Assembly: GCA_964495425.1 (NCBI GenBank)
Contig: CAZBVG010000001.1
Coordinates: forward strand, 84,054-148,053
Direction: 5' to 3'
Length of the DNA stretch: 64,000 nt
Source: an uncultured Candidatus Saccharibacteria bacterium
GTDB lineage: Bacteria > Patescibacteriota > Minisyncoccia > Phycocordibacterales > UBA6065
Shown here: positions 19,513-29,100 of the stretch, one piece after another
Position numbering within the stretch: the first letter of the stretch is position 1
Layout: each line of letters starts with the position of its first letter
Notes under the pieces: generated by a model
Seen by the model: the letters and a program-made list of their open reading frames with translations, nothing else
Told to the model about the DNA's origin: nothing
Database searches by the model: none
Program-made: the position numbers and the translations under genes

Positions 19513-21425
19513 TATGCCTGATGCTCTATATCCTTCTTTTTCTTTGGTACAACGCCGTGAGCAACGAGTAACTTTTCAAACTCATCTCTCTCGATTGTTT
19601 CCACTTCAATGAGTTTCTTTGCAATCGCATCGAGAAGTTTCTTGTGGGTAGTTATTGTCTGCTCTGCCCTCGACATTGCTGTGGTCATAATAAGTTTTAC
19701 TTCACTATCAATCTGAGCGGCAACTTCATCTGAATACTCGCCCTCCTCGACTCCTCTGCCGAACAAGACACGACCGCCGGCACTTTCAAGCGCCACAGGA
19801 CCCATCTTCTCTGACATACCATATTTAGTCACCATATCTCGAGCAAGTGCTGTTGAAACTTGGAGATCATTTGATGGACCGGTCGTCAGATCACTGAACA
19901 TCATTTTTTCTGTTACATAGCCACCAAGTGACACTGCGATATCATCAAGAAACTCTTTTCGAGACTGCAGTTTTCGATCTTCAAGTGGAAGATGAAGGAC
20001 ATATCCTGCCGCACGACCACGAGAAATAATAGAGATTTTATGTACAGGATCAGCGTAGTCGAGAACTGATGAAACTACGGCGTGGCCCGCTTCATGATAC
20101 GCAGTAATTTTCTTTTCCTCGTTTGAAAGAATATGACTCTTTCTCTCTGGACCGAGCATTACCTTCTCTATTGCTCGAATAAGGTCGTACTGAGACACCT
20201 TTGTGCGGTTTTCACGAGCAGCTAAAATCGCTCCTTCATTCATAAGTGAATACAAATCGGCACCAGAGAATCCCGGAGTTCGCTCTGCAATAACTTTCAA
20301 ATTCACGTCTTCAGCAAACGGCTTCTTGCGAGCATGAATGGTGAGAATCTCTTCTCTATCGCTTCGGTCTGGTAAATCAATTGTCACCCGTCGATCAAAT
20401 CGTCCTGGTCGCAAAAGCGCTGGATCAAGCACATCCGGTCGGTTCGTTGCAGCCATCACAATTACCTTTTCGTTTGGTTCGAAACCGTCCATTTCAACGA
20501 GTATCTGGTTCAATGTCTGTTCTCGTTCATCATTTCCTCCACCCATTCCAACACCTCGTGATCGTCCTACTGCATCGATTTCATCTACGAAAATAATCGC
20601 CGGAGCTGCAGCCTTTGCCATCTTAAAGAGATCTCGCACGCGTGAAGCACCAACACCCACAAACATTTCCACAAATTCAGAACCTGAGATTGAAAAGAAC
20701 GCTACGTTTGCTTCACCTGCTACCGCTCGTGCAAGCAAGGTCTTTCCTGTTCCTGGTGCACCCATGAGAAGCACACCTTTTGGAATGACCGCTCCCACAT
20801 CCAAGAATCGCTTCGGATTTTTGAGAAAGTCCACAATTTCCATAAGCTCCTGTTTTGCTTCTTTTGCTCCTGCAACATCCTTAAATGTTACCTTTTGTTT
20901 CTTGTCGTCAGGATGCGTAATTCGCGCCTTTGACTGACCGAATGAAAACGCCTGCATACCTGCGCCCTTTACTTGTCGTGACAAGAGCCATACCAAAAAT
21001 CCAATGAATACAACTGGAATAATAAACGGTGCGAGATTGAGAAGCCAGAATCCAAGACCAGAAGGTTCATTCACTTCAATTTTTACCGCAGAAATCTTCT
21101 CTGCAGGTACTCCATAATTTACGAGCGTCGTAGTAAGCGCATTATCAGATTCTTTCTTTGATGTTTTCTGGACGCCGTCTTGATAGGTTGCCTTGAGCGT
21201 ATCACCTTCTACTAAGATTGAAGTCACCAATCCCTTGCTTACATCATTAGAAAGCTCCGACAATGAAACAGTTACAGCGTCTTCTTTGCCGCTAGTTACA
21301 AATGAATAAAACGCAACGAGAAGCAGGAAGATGAGAATGCCAGTACCAAAACTTCCAAAGAAGCGTTTGAGATTCTGGGTCGGTGTATCCTTCTTATGTT
21401 TATGAGATTGTTTTTGGAATTGCAT
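19512..21425 (-). CDS. ftsH: ATP-dependent zinc metalloprotease FtsH
   Basis: 637 aa. An N-terminal TM pair, AAA+ Walker A GAPGTGKT, the SRH region, and the HEAGH zinc motif. Confidence 0.9.
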   Translation of the reverse strand: MQFQKQSHKHKKDTPTQNLKRFFGSFGTGILIFLLLVAFYSFVTSGKEDAVTVSLSELSNDVSKGLVTSILVEGDTLKATYQDGVQKTSKKESDNALTTTLVNYGVPAEKISAVKIEVNEPSGLGFWLLNLAPFIIPVVFIGFLVWLLSRQVKGAGMQAFSFGQSKARITHPDDKKQKVTFKDVAGAKEAKQELMEIVDFLKNPKRFLDVGAVIPKGVLLMGAPGTGKTLLARAVAGEANVAFFSISGSEFVEMFVGVGASRVRDLFKMAKAAAPAIIFVDEIDAVGRSRGVGMGGGNDEREQTLNQILVEMDGFEPNEKVIVMAATNRPDVLDPALLRPGRFDRRVTIDLPDRSDREEILTIHARKKPFAEDVNLKVIAERTPGFSGADLYSLMNEGAILAARENRTKVSQYDLIRAIEKVMLGPERKSHILSNEEKKITAYHEAGHAVVSSVLDYADPVHKISIISRGRAAGYVLHLPLEDRKLQSRKEFLDDIAVSLGGYVTEKMMFSDLTTGPSNDLQVSTALARDMVTKYGMSEKMGPVALESAGGRVLFGRGVEEGEYSDEVAAQIDSEVKLIMTTAMSRAEQTITTHKKLLDAIAKKLIEVETIERDEFEKLLVAHGVVPKKKKDIEHQA

Positions 21426-21472
21426 ACGTGAAATTATAGCAGTAGAAACGTGTAATGTGATAGCATGATCCT

Positions 21473-21940
21473 ATGGCTCAGAATACCGACAATAACATTC
21501 TTGCGGACAATGGGAAAGCCTTTTTTGACTACGAAATACTCGAGACCGTTTCAGCGGGAATCGAGCTTTTGGGCTTTGAAGTTAAGTCGGTGAAGGCGCG
21601 TAAGGCGACTCTGGATGGCTCATATGTAACAATACGTGGCAATGAGGCGTATTTGATGCAGATGTCTGTACCGCCCTATCAGGTTTCGAACACCCCAGAA
21701 GACTACGATCCACTACGAATCCGCCGCCTCCTCCTTACAAAAGACGAGATCAAAAAACTCGCGGATATCGAGTCAGGCAAGGGCTTGACAATTGTGCCAA
21801 TTCGGGTTTATACTAAGGCTCGCCGAATCAAGGTAGATATCGCAATTGTGCGCGGAAAGAAGAAATTTGATAAGCGCCAGTCAATTAAAAAACGCGAGAC
21901 CGATATCGAGATTCGAAGAACATTGAAATACGAAGAATAG
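21473..21940 (+). CDS. smpB: SsrA-binding protein SmpB
   Basis: 155 aa, SmpB-sized with a characteristic basic C-terminal tail. It sits immediately upstream of the tmRNA. Confidence 0.8.
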   Translation: MAQNTDNNILADNGKAFFDYEILETVSAGIELLGFEVKSVKARKATLDGSYVTIRGNEAYLMQMSVPPYQVSNTPEDYDPLRIRRLLLTKDEIKKLADIESGKGLTIVPIRVYTKARRIKVDIAIVRGKKKFDKRQSIKKRETDIEIRRTLKYEE

Positions 21941-21951
21941 ACATTTTATAC

Positions 21952-22338
21952 GGGGATGATCGGCCTAGACATACGATCCGCTTCCCTTTGTGCGCGATAA
22001 AGCTTGAGTACCTTTTAAAACTGCTCAAAAAACCAAATGCAAAATCTGTAAAGTCACCTTTCGTGGCTAACAATTTTTCATTCGCTTACGCTTTAGCCTA
22101 AGTGACATCGCCGTGCTGCACTCCTGATGCGGTACGTCACGATGATATATATTCAGGATAGAACTTGGTTAGTCAAAACTTTGTTCGAAGAGCTTCGGCT
22201 CACATGACTCGGCGAGAGTGCGTTCTGTAAGTCCTATAGTACACTCGCTTAAAGCCTTCATGGCAAAGACTTTCTACATCGCGTAGATTCAAAAGGAGCC
22301 TTGTGTGCACGGCGGTTCGATTCCGCCCATCTCCACCA
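21952..22338 (+). ncRNA. ssrA: tmRNA (ssrA), standard one-piece form
   Basis: The 5' end GGGGATGATCGGCC and the 3' tRNA-like end GGTTCGATTCCGCCCATCTCCACCA are both present. An internal tag reading frame GCT AAC AAT TTT TCA TTC GCT TAC GCT TTA GCC TAA encodes ANNFSFAYALA then stop. It directly follows smpB. Confidence 0.85.
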
Positions 22339-22366
22339 ACATTGACAAACACCATAACTTATTGTT

Positions 22367-22966
22367 ATGGTATTTTCAGTTTTAGCTCTTATGAAAATAT
22401 CTACCCCTGTTGGCTTTATCGCCGAACTACCGAGCATACTGTCAGGAAAAAGCTCGTTGAACGCCATCTTCTCAACATATAACAGTGTTGGAAATTACAA
22501 GTCGGGTCCAATGAACGTCCTGAAACCCGGACTCCAAATCGTAATCTCAAATGGCAAGCGTGACGAAGACAAGACGGCTTTTGCATCAGCCATTATGGCA
22601 AGTGCATCAGGCATCCTATCTAGAATGGAGGCAAGCAACGAAATCGAACGAATCGCCTGCACCGAAGCCGCGGTCAAAGTTCAAGAAAAATTCTCAGACT
22701 TATCTGGAAATGTATTTGCGGCCGTGTATGCGGGAGTAAATGCGCCAGAGGAATCTCTTGAATTTGTGAAGAAGATTCGGCGAGTATCTCCTACAGCTTA
22801 TGTTGTAGTGGTAACGTGTGATTGCGGAATGCAATACAAACAGACTTTATTCAAGGCAAATAGCAAAATCATCGACATCCTTGTGGTAACTCCGATCTGC
22901 GGCGGGAGAACTACCATGGGAAGCATCCTCGATGCCTTGATTGATCTTTGGCCTCAAGGTTCTTAA
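22367..22966 (+). CDS. Hypothetical protein
   Basis: 199-aa ORF, with a more likely start at the MKISTP codon, since the listed start lies only 29 nt after the tmRNA 3' end. Confidence 0.4.
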   Translation: MVFSVLALMKISTPVGFIAELPSILSGKSSLNAIFSTYNSVGNYKSGPMNVLKPGLQIVISNGKRDEDKTAFASAIMASASGILSRMEASNEIERIACTEAAVKVQEKFSDLSGNVFAAVYAGVNAPEESLEFVKKIRRVSPTAYVVVVTCDCGMQYKQTLFKANSKIIDILVVTPICGGRTTMGSILDALIDLWPQGS

Positions 22967-23166
22967 TTTTGCGTATCCAGCTCGATTACATAATCGGGCT
23001 TTTTATTTTTCTTCTGATTTCATTCCCTATCTGTGTCCCCTCTTTTCTATCGTAATCTCTAGAATCTAGAGCCTTCCAAGAACCTTTCGCCCTAAAATCG
23101 CCTCAGAACTCTCAAAAATCCAACAATGTAATTGGTTCCAGCTTTCTGCACCTATCTCCATTATCA

Positions 23167-23604
23167 TTGACAACTCTCAATAAAAATTATAATTTGACCT
23201 TCGATCCGCACCTTCAATCCAACTCGGGTTTTACAATGACTGAATTTCAAGAATTCATTACTACCCTGTCCTCACTCGGAATCAGCCACACCGTCCGTTG
23301 GCGAGCTGACCCAGCGGAATGGCAAAAGATTATTCTGGACGCAGGATACAATCTGACCGCCACTTCCTGCGTAATTGTTTCGACAATAGACACTGAATAT
23401 CTTTTTTCAATCGGAGAAGCATACTGGACAGTGAGGCCGAACAAAGGTCATGGTCCTCAGGGGGTGTTCCTGCTTTCTCGGTCTAAAAGCACACAAAAAG
23501 TCACGGAACGGTTGTCGTTCAATGCTCGTACAAAAAGGTTCAAGAAACCGTCGGGCCTGGGTGCTCTCAAAAGAAAATACCCCGGAAGCTACCCGAAACG
23601 CTAA
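23167..23604 (+). CDS. Hypothetical protein
   Basis: 145-aa ORF with a basic C-terminus, followed by a terminator. Confidence 0.4.
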   Translation: MTTLNKNYNLTFDPHLQSNSGFTMTEFQEFITTLSSLGISHTVRWRADPAEWQKIILDAGYNLTATSCVIVSTIDTEYLFSIGEAYWTVRPNKGHGPQGVFLLSRSKSTQKVTERLSFNARTKRFKKPSGLGALKRKYPGSYPKR

Positions 23605-23606
23605 TC

Positions 23607-23636
23607 AAAACCACAGGAGACATCCTGTGGTTTTTT
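23607..23636. terminator. Bidirectional intrinsic terminator
   Basis: AAAACCACAGG-AGACAT-CCTGTGGTTTTTT between convergent genes. Confidence 0.6.
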
Positions 23637-23638
23637 CT

Positions 23639-24172
23639 TTATCGAGCAGGGCTTTGAATAAAGTTGATTGTAGTTGGGAGTGCAAATGTCGCCGCATCAA
23701 GCTTTGCACTTACACATTTCCAACTCGTGTTCGCTCCAAATGCTGTGAAATCCATATTGCCCGACATTGCAGTTCCACCAGTTCCTTTGTTTACGACAGG
23801 AACCTTAAAACCAGTATTCGTGTTACCGGTCCATGTATATGAATACGATCCATCGCTAATAGTATACGTGTTTACCGTCTGGTTTACAGTCTTTACCGTG
23901 CTTTTAAAATCACCTCGAAATTTATTTCCATCAATAAAAATAGTACCAGAAGCATCTGCGTTTGAATCAGTCATACTAAACGTACATTTGTACTGCCCCC
24001 CTTTGCTTGCTAGTTCTGACGGATTCGAAATGACTGTACCTTCAGGAAGATTTGCCTGTGCCCCAGTCTGTGAACCTGTAAGTGATTTGTCTGATGTGCC
24101 TCCGTTTGATGAAGCTGCCCAGATGATGCCAATAACTACCAATACCGCTACTACTGCTGCTGTTGTTTTCAT
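23639..24172 (-). CDS. Secreted or membrane-anchored hypothetical protein
   Basis: The start is taken at MKTTAAVVAVLVVIG, a signal-anchor. The mature part is Thr/Gly/Asn-rich with two Cys. It lies downstream of the cohesin-like surface protein gene on the same strand. Confidence 0.45.
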   Translation of the reverse strand: MKTTAAVVAVLVVIGIIWAASSNGGTSDKSLTGSQTGAQANLPEGTVISNPSELASKGGQYKCTFSMTDSNADASGTIFIDGNKFRGDFKSTVKTVNQTVNTYTISDGSYSYTWTGNTNTGFKVPVVNKGTGGTAMSGNMDFTAFGANTSWKCVSAKLDAATFALPTTINFIQSPAR

Positions 24173-24221
24173 AACGTCACGAATAACTATTAAAATCCTG
24201 TAAGAAAAACTATACACTGTT

Positions 24222-25529
24222 TTAACCCTGCGCGCCCGGCAAATTCGGTGGAGGTGGCGGTGATATATGGGCATGATGCGAATCCTCCATTTCTATTACT
24301 TTAAACGTCCGCACCGCTCTATTAAGTATTCTGTGTCCAAAGAGATAATGCAAGACAAATTCAATGATCACAAAAAGGAGCAGAAGTGAGAGCGCGATAA
24401 CGATGATGTTATCCAAAAGCCATTTTGTAAGTGTTGGATTGAGATCTATATCAACCGATTCATCACGTGCATTCCCTGCCGCATCGAAAACGCGAACAAT
24501 GGCACGAATGTTGCCCGATGATTGAGTTGGTAATTGATACGGACTCTGGGTCTCCACAAAAAGTGGTGAGACATCCTCGGTGTCGCTTTTATCGAGCACC
24601 GCTACTTCGTAATGATCCACACCCGAAAGTGCATCAGTAGTGAAGAACGAAAGCATTGCTTTGTTTTCTTTGAATTGTTCAGAATACAATTCTACTTTAG
24701 GAGTAAACTCTGCCGGCGGCACCGTATCTACACGAATGAGAAAATGTGTTGTTCCACCCCACACTCCCTTTTTAGATGCTCGAATATGAAAATACGTAAG
24801 TCCTTCTTTGACATGCGGCAATGAGATAGTTGTGTCCTGAGTATCCTCTACCGTGTCCGGAACAGTAAACGGCTTGTCATCTACTTCGTAACTAAAGCTT
24901 GAAACATCAGCCGGTTTTTCCCAAGAAATTACAGGCGTATCATTTTTATAATACGTGTCTTGAAATGGATGGGTCTCTGAAAAAACCTTCACGCCTTCTG
25001 GAGCCTTCGCCACAACAGAATACACCGCCGTATCAAAATTTATCTGCACAGGTGTTCCATATCCATCATTTGCAAGAACTTCAGTTGTTTCTGCAACTGA
25101 GACGCGCGCGTCACCCAAAGCAACAGCTTTGAATGTAATTGTTGTGATAAGTCCACTCTCCGTATTTATACCTCCAGGAATAACGCCGGTTAACTTGAGC
25201 GTTCCTTCTGTATTTGAATAATTTGGTGGCTCAACCCAAATACCGATAATAGATTTACTTCCTGATGGCTGAAGGATCGCTAATTTTTTAGGATCATACT
25301 TAAGTCGAATATCGAGTGTATTTACACTTCTTCCGTGCGTATTGATATAAACCGGAATTTCAAACGTTGAACCTTCCTGAAATGACCCCGAACGAGATGA
25401 AAAGAAAATCGTCGCCTTCTGAACCAAAGAGTTGGCATTCACCCGCACGTTTTGCTGACCATGTACAACATGGGCTCCAGAAAAAGCCAAAAAAAGACCC
25501 AAAAAAGTTATAAGTAAGGCACGATGCAT
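24222..25529 (-). CDS. Surface protein with cohesin-like and Ig-like domains and a C-terminal TM anchor
   Basis: 435 aa. A signal peptide ending ...VHGQQ, a beta-sandwich cohesin-like segment, a C-terminal TM helix and a PPPPP tail. Confidence 0.45.
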   Translation of the reverse strand: MHRALLITFLGLFLAFSGAHVVHGQQNVRVNANSLVQKATIFFSSRSGSFQEGSTFEIPVYINTHGRSVNTLDIRLKYDPKKLAILQPSGSKSIIGIWVEPPNYSNTEGTLKLTGVIPGGINTESGLITTITFKAVALGDARVSVAETTEVLANDGYGTPVQINFDTAVYSVVAKAPEGVKVFSETHPFQDTYYKNDTPVISWEKPADVSSFSYEVDDKPFTVPDTVEDTQDTTISLPHVKEGLTYFHIRASKKGVWGGTTHFLIRVDTVPPAEFTPKVELYSEQFKENKAMLSFFTTDALSGVDHYEVAVLDKSDTEDVSPLFVETQSPYQLPTQSSGNIRAIVRVFDAAGNARDESVDIDLNPTLTKWLLDNIIVIALSLLLLFVIIEFVLHYLFGHRILNRAVRTFKVIEMEDSHHAHISPPPPPNLPGAQG

Positions 25530-25577
25530 CGCTCCCTAAATTATAGCATCTTGCCTCAAGCCTGCTAGAATATATCC

Positions 25578-26174
25578 ATGATTCAACCATACGCAGCTCG
25601 TACACATGAAAAAATGAAGGAGGTCCTTATGGACCCAAACGGTATTGGCCCAGATATCCACTACTATATGGTCAGAGGTGGTACCGCAAAGACCAACGTA
25701 ACCGTGTGGGAGGCCGGCACTGTTTCAGGTGAATATATAAAGACCTATGGCCACTACCATGTGGGTAGACTCGATGAAACCTACACCGTTTTACAAGGTG
25801 AAGGCATTATCATCATGCAGGTACGTAAGACTGATAGCTCTGGAAAGCCGCTTGATGGTGAAATCGAATCATTCAAAGCTATCAAAGTAAAAGCTGGCGA
25901 CTCAGTATTCATTCCAAGCGGCGCAGGACACCTCGCTATAAATACTGGAAAGACCTGGTTTGTAACTTCCGATGATAGTCCAGTCAATTTTGAGGAGAAA
26001 GATGCGGTGAGTCTGCCTGGTCACGCTGACTATGAACCATTCCGAAAACTCCACGGCGCCGCTTATTACGTTGTAGAGAAAAACGGATCTATTGAATTCG
26101 TAAAGAATCCAAACTACACATCAGTACCTAAAGTAGAGTTCAAAAAACCGAGCCTACTTTCCTTTTGGCGTTAG
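25578..26174 (+). CDS. Cupin-type glucose-6-phosphate isomerase (archaeal-type cPGI family)
   Basis: 198 aa. The signature TYGHYH...ETY (T-x-G-H-x-H...E-x-Y) and IPSGAGHLAIN (PPxxxHxxxN-like) match the cupin PGI metal-binding motifs. Confidence 0.6.
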   Translation: MIQPYAARTHEKMKEVLMDPNGIGPDIHYYMVRGGTAKTNVTVWEAGTVSGEYIKTYGHYHVGRLDETYTVLQGEGIIIMQVRKTDSSGKPLDGEIESFKAIKVKAGDSVFIPSGAGHLAINTGKTWFVTSDDSPVNFEEKDAVSLPGHADYEPFRKLHGAAYYVVEKNGSIEFVKNPNYTSVPKVEFKKPSLLSFWR

Positions 26175-29100
26175 CATCACGCGTATTTCATGAACTTTTC
26201 CATCCTTTGAGAGAGGAATTTTCTTGTCTGGCATAACTACACCGTTTTCAGAAATCTCTGAAACTTCACACAAAACACCGGCAGGTTTTTCGTAGGTAAT
26301 TTTATAGATAGTACCTCCGCGATTATATGTAAGCGTAGCGGTCTTCCAATCTGTTGGGAACGACGGTGTGATTATCAGTGCATCATCTTCAACTCGAACA
26401 CCAAACAAATACTCAAGTATCGTTCGATACATTACGCCCGCAGAACCGGTGTACCATGTCCATCCTCCTCTACCTTTATATGATGGCTCGGCATACACAT
26501 CAGATGCCACAACATATGGTTCAACACGATATTCTTTAGCCTTTTCCGCTGAGTCAGTTCGCTTGAATGGATTGATGAGATCAAGCACCTTCATCGCATT
26601 ATCTGAATTACCAGTTTTAAAGAATGCCTGAACAGCCCATAGTGCAGCATGGTTGTATTGCGAACCGTTTTCTCGAACTCCTGGCGGATAATCCTTCACG
26701 TATCCTGGATCAAATGGCGCGTTGCGTAGCGCAGGCGTAAGCAACTTCATGTTTGAACCGTCAAAAAGTTCTGCAAACGTAGAGTCCATCGCCTTTTCAA
26801 CTCGTTCCTTTGGCGCAAGGCCTGAAAGGACCGCCCACGACTGTGCAATTGAGTCGATCTTGAATTCATTTTGCTTTCGAGAACCGAGCACTGTGCCCGA
26901 ATCAAGAAACACTCGTCTATACCAACGGCCATCCCATGCGTGTTTTTCAATAGCCTTCGCAAGCGCTTGCGAATATGACGCGTAGTACTCCGCCTTATCA
27001 ATATCACCTCGCTTTCGAGCGACAGCAGAGAATCGCTGCGTGAGCGAACCAAGGAACCATCCCACCCACACGCTTTCTCCTCTACCCAGTACACCCGCAC
27101 GGCTCAAACCATCATTCCAATCGCTTTGTCCGATAAGTGGCAATTCATGTTCACCGAGCACCGAGCTCTTTGCGAGCGCTCGCACACAATGCTCATACAA
27201 TGTTCCCTTTTCTTCAGACACTTTTGGTGTTCCCGCCCATTCTCTTTGATAAGCAAAATTAAGTGTTGGACCCTCAAGGAAAGGAATCTCTACTCCGAGA
27301 ATAGACTCGTCGCCCGTGATCGCAATATATTCAAGTGTTACATACACAAGCCACAACTGATGATCAGAAAGTACTGAACGTGCACCGAAACTATTATGAT
27401 CATGCCACCAATTGAGCGCATCACCTTCCTTAAACTGATGTGCCGCAGCCTTCAAAATAAACTCACGAACATCCTGCGGCTTTGACCAAATAAAGGCCGA
27501 CATGTCCTGCAACTGATCACGTAAACCAAATGCGCCCGAAGGTTGATAAAAACCTGTCTTGCCCCAGATACGTGATGAAAGTGCCTGATACAATAATTGT
27601 GAATTAAAGAGAGCGTTGAGACTCTTGTCCGGAGAATCGATAGTGACCTGTGAAGTAGCTTGCTTCCAGAAATCCGAAACAAATTTCTTGGTGTCTTTGA
27701 GATTAAATGTCTTTCTTAGCGACTCAACGAGCATCTCTGCCTCAACTTTACTTTGAGCTTCACCGAGGAAAAATACAATCTGCTTTTCTTCTCCTGGCTC
27801 CACAGTAAACTTGGTCTGAAGAACAGCACAGTTTGTCGTTCCTGACATAATTTCATTCGACAAACCTTCTCGCTTGAGAGCTGCAGGATGCTCGAATGAT
27901 CCATGACGACCAAGGAACTCCGCCTTGTCAGTTGTTATCGTGAAATCACCTGAAGAGACATCGGCGAATGCGGTTGAGTTCGGGAGCTGATTTCTAAACG
28001 ATTGCTTGAACATAAGCGCGCCCGTCTTTTCATTTCGCTCGTAGGTAATGAAATCACGCGCATGATCGCGGAACATGTTCATTGCCGGCTCAAGATAAAT
28101 AGTTTCTGAAAGCGTACGAGCTTTTGCTCCGTTGTTTTTCATCCGAAGCGTGAGAACTTTTACAGATTCCTTAAGCGGCACCGTGATTTCTAGCGAACAA
28201 GAAAGCGGTCCGCGCGCATGCTCGAATATCGTATAGCCCTTTCCGTGGCGAACGGTGTAAGGATATTTCGTGCGAATAGGCATCGGTGTCGGATTCCATA
28301 CCTCCCCCGTTGCTTCGTCACGCACATATACAATTTCAGAACTCTTGAATACGAGCGGATCGTTATTCCATGATGTGATTCGATTATCGTAACTATCTTT
28401 ACTCCACGTAAACATTGAACCGGATTCCGTTACAACGGTTCCGAAATGAGGAGAGGTAATGATGTTAGACCATGGCGCAAACGGAAGATTGTGTGAGCTC
28501 ACATTCATTACATACTCTGACTTTTCTACATCATAACCGCCCCATGCATTCTTGAATTCAAGATTTCCTGGGAGTGGATTACTCTTAGCGATATGATGAA
28601 CGGCTCGCGCTGTTGGCACATGTTTTGCAGGATATTGAGGAGCCTTTGCAAGTTTTGAAAACGCTTTGATCTGTTGCTTGAAGGTTCCGTCCTTACTATC
28701 TAATGTCACACGTGCGACATGGAGCAATACTTTTTTATCAATTTCTTCTGTAAGATCTGATTTCACGTGGTGCACGGTGCTGCCTGCAACATCACTCTTC
28801 ACACCCTTACTTTGTCGCAAAAGGAAATCAATTTCATCATCGAGCACTTTAATGTAGCTTGCCGGCTCTTGGTTTAGAATGACGAGATCAATTTCAAGAC
28901 CTTTATGCTTCCAATACGCATGGCACAAAAGCGCATGCTTGATAGTCTGGATGTCTTCAATATCCTTAATTTTAACCACAACGACAGGATAATCACCTGA
29001 AATTCCGAGCTTCCATAGTGAATGAATATATGGAAGGGGTGACTGCGGCAATTCTGTTGTTTCGAATCTTCTTCCTCCGAGAGCCCGAGATGCTAAATCC

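Noticed and set aside
20338-20937. 199-aa ORF antisense within ftsH
   Set aside because: It lies wholly inside the well-supported ftsH coding region on the opposite strand, and its product is Ser/Arg/Pro-rich low-complexity sequence.
21885-22467. Small ORFs 21885..22073 and 22258..22467 (minus strand)
   Set aside because: Both lie within the tmRNA gene. The RNA call is supported by the 5' GGGG…, the tag ORF and the tRNA-like 3' end.
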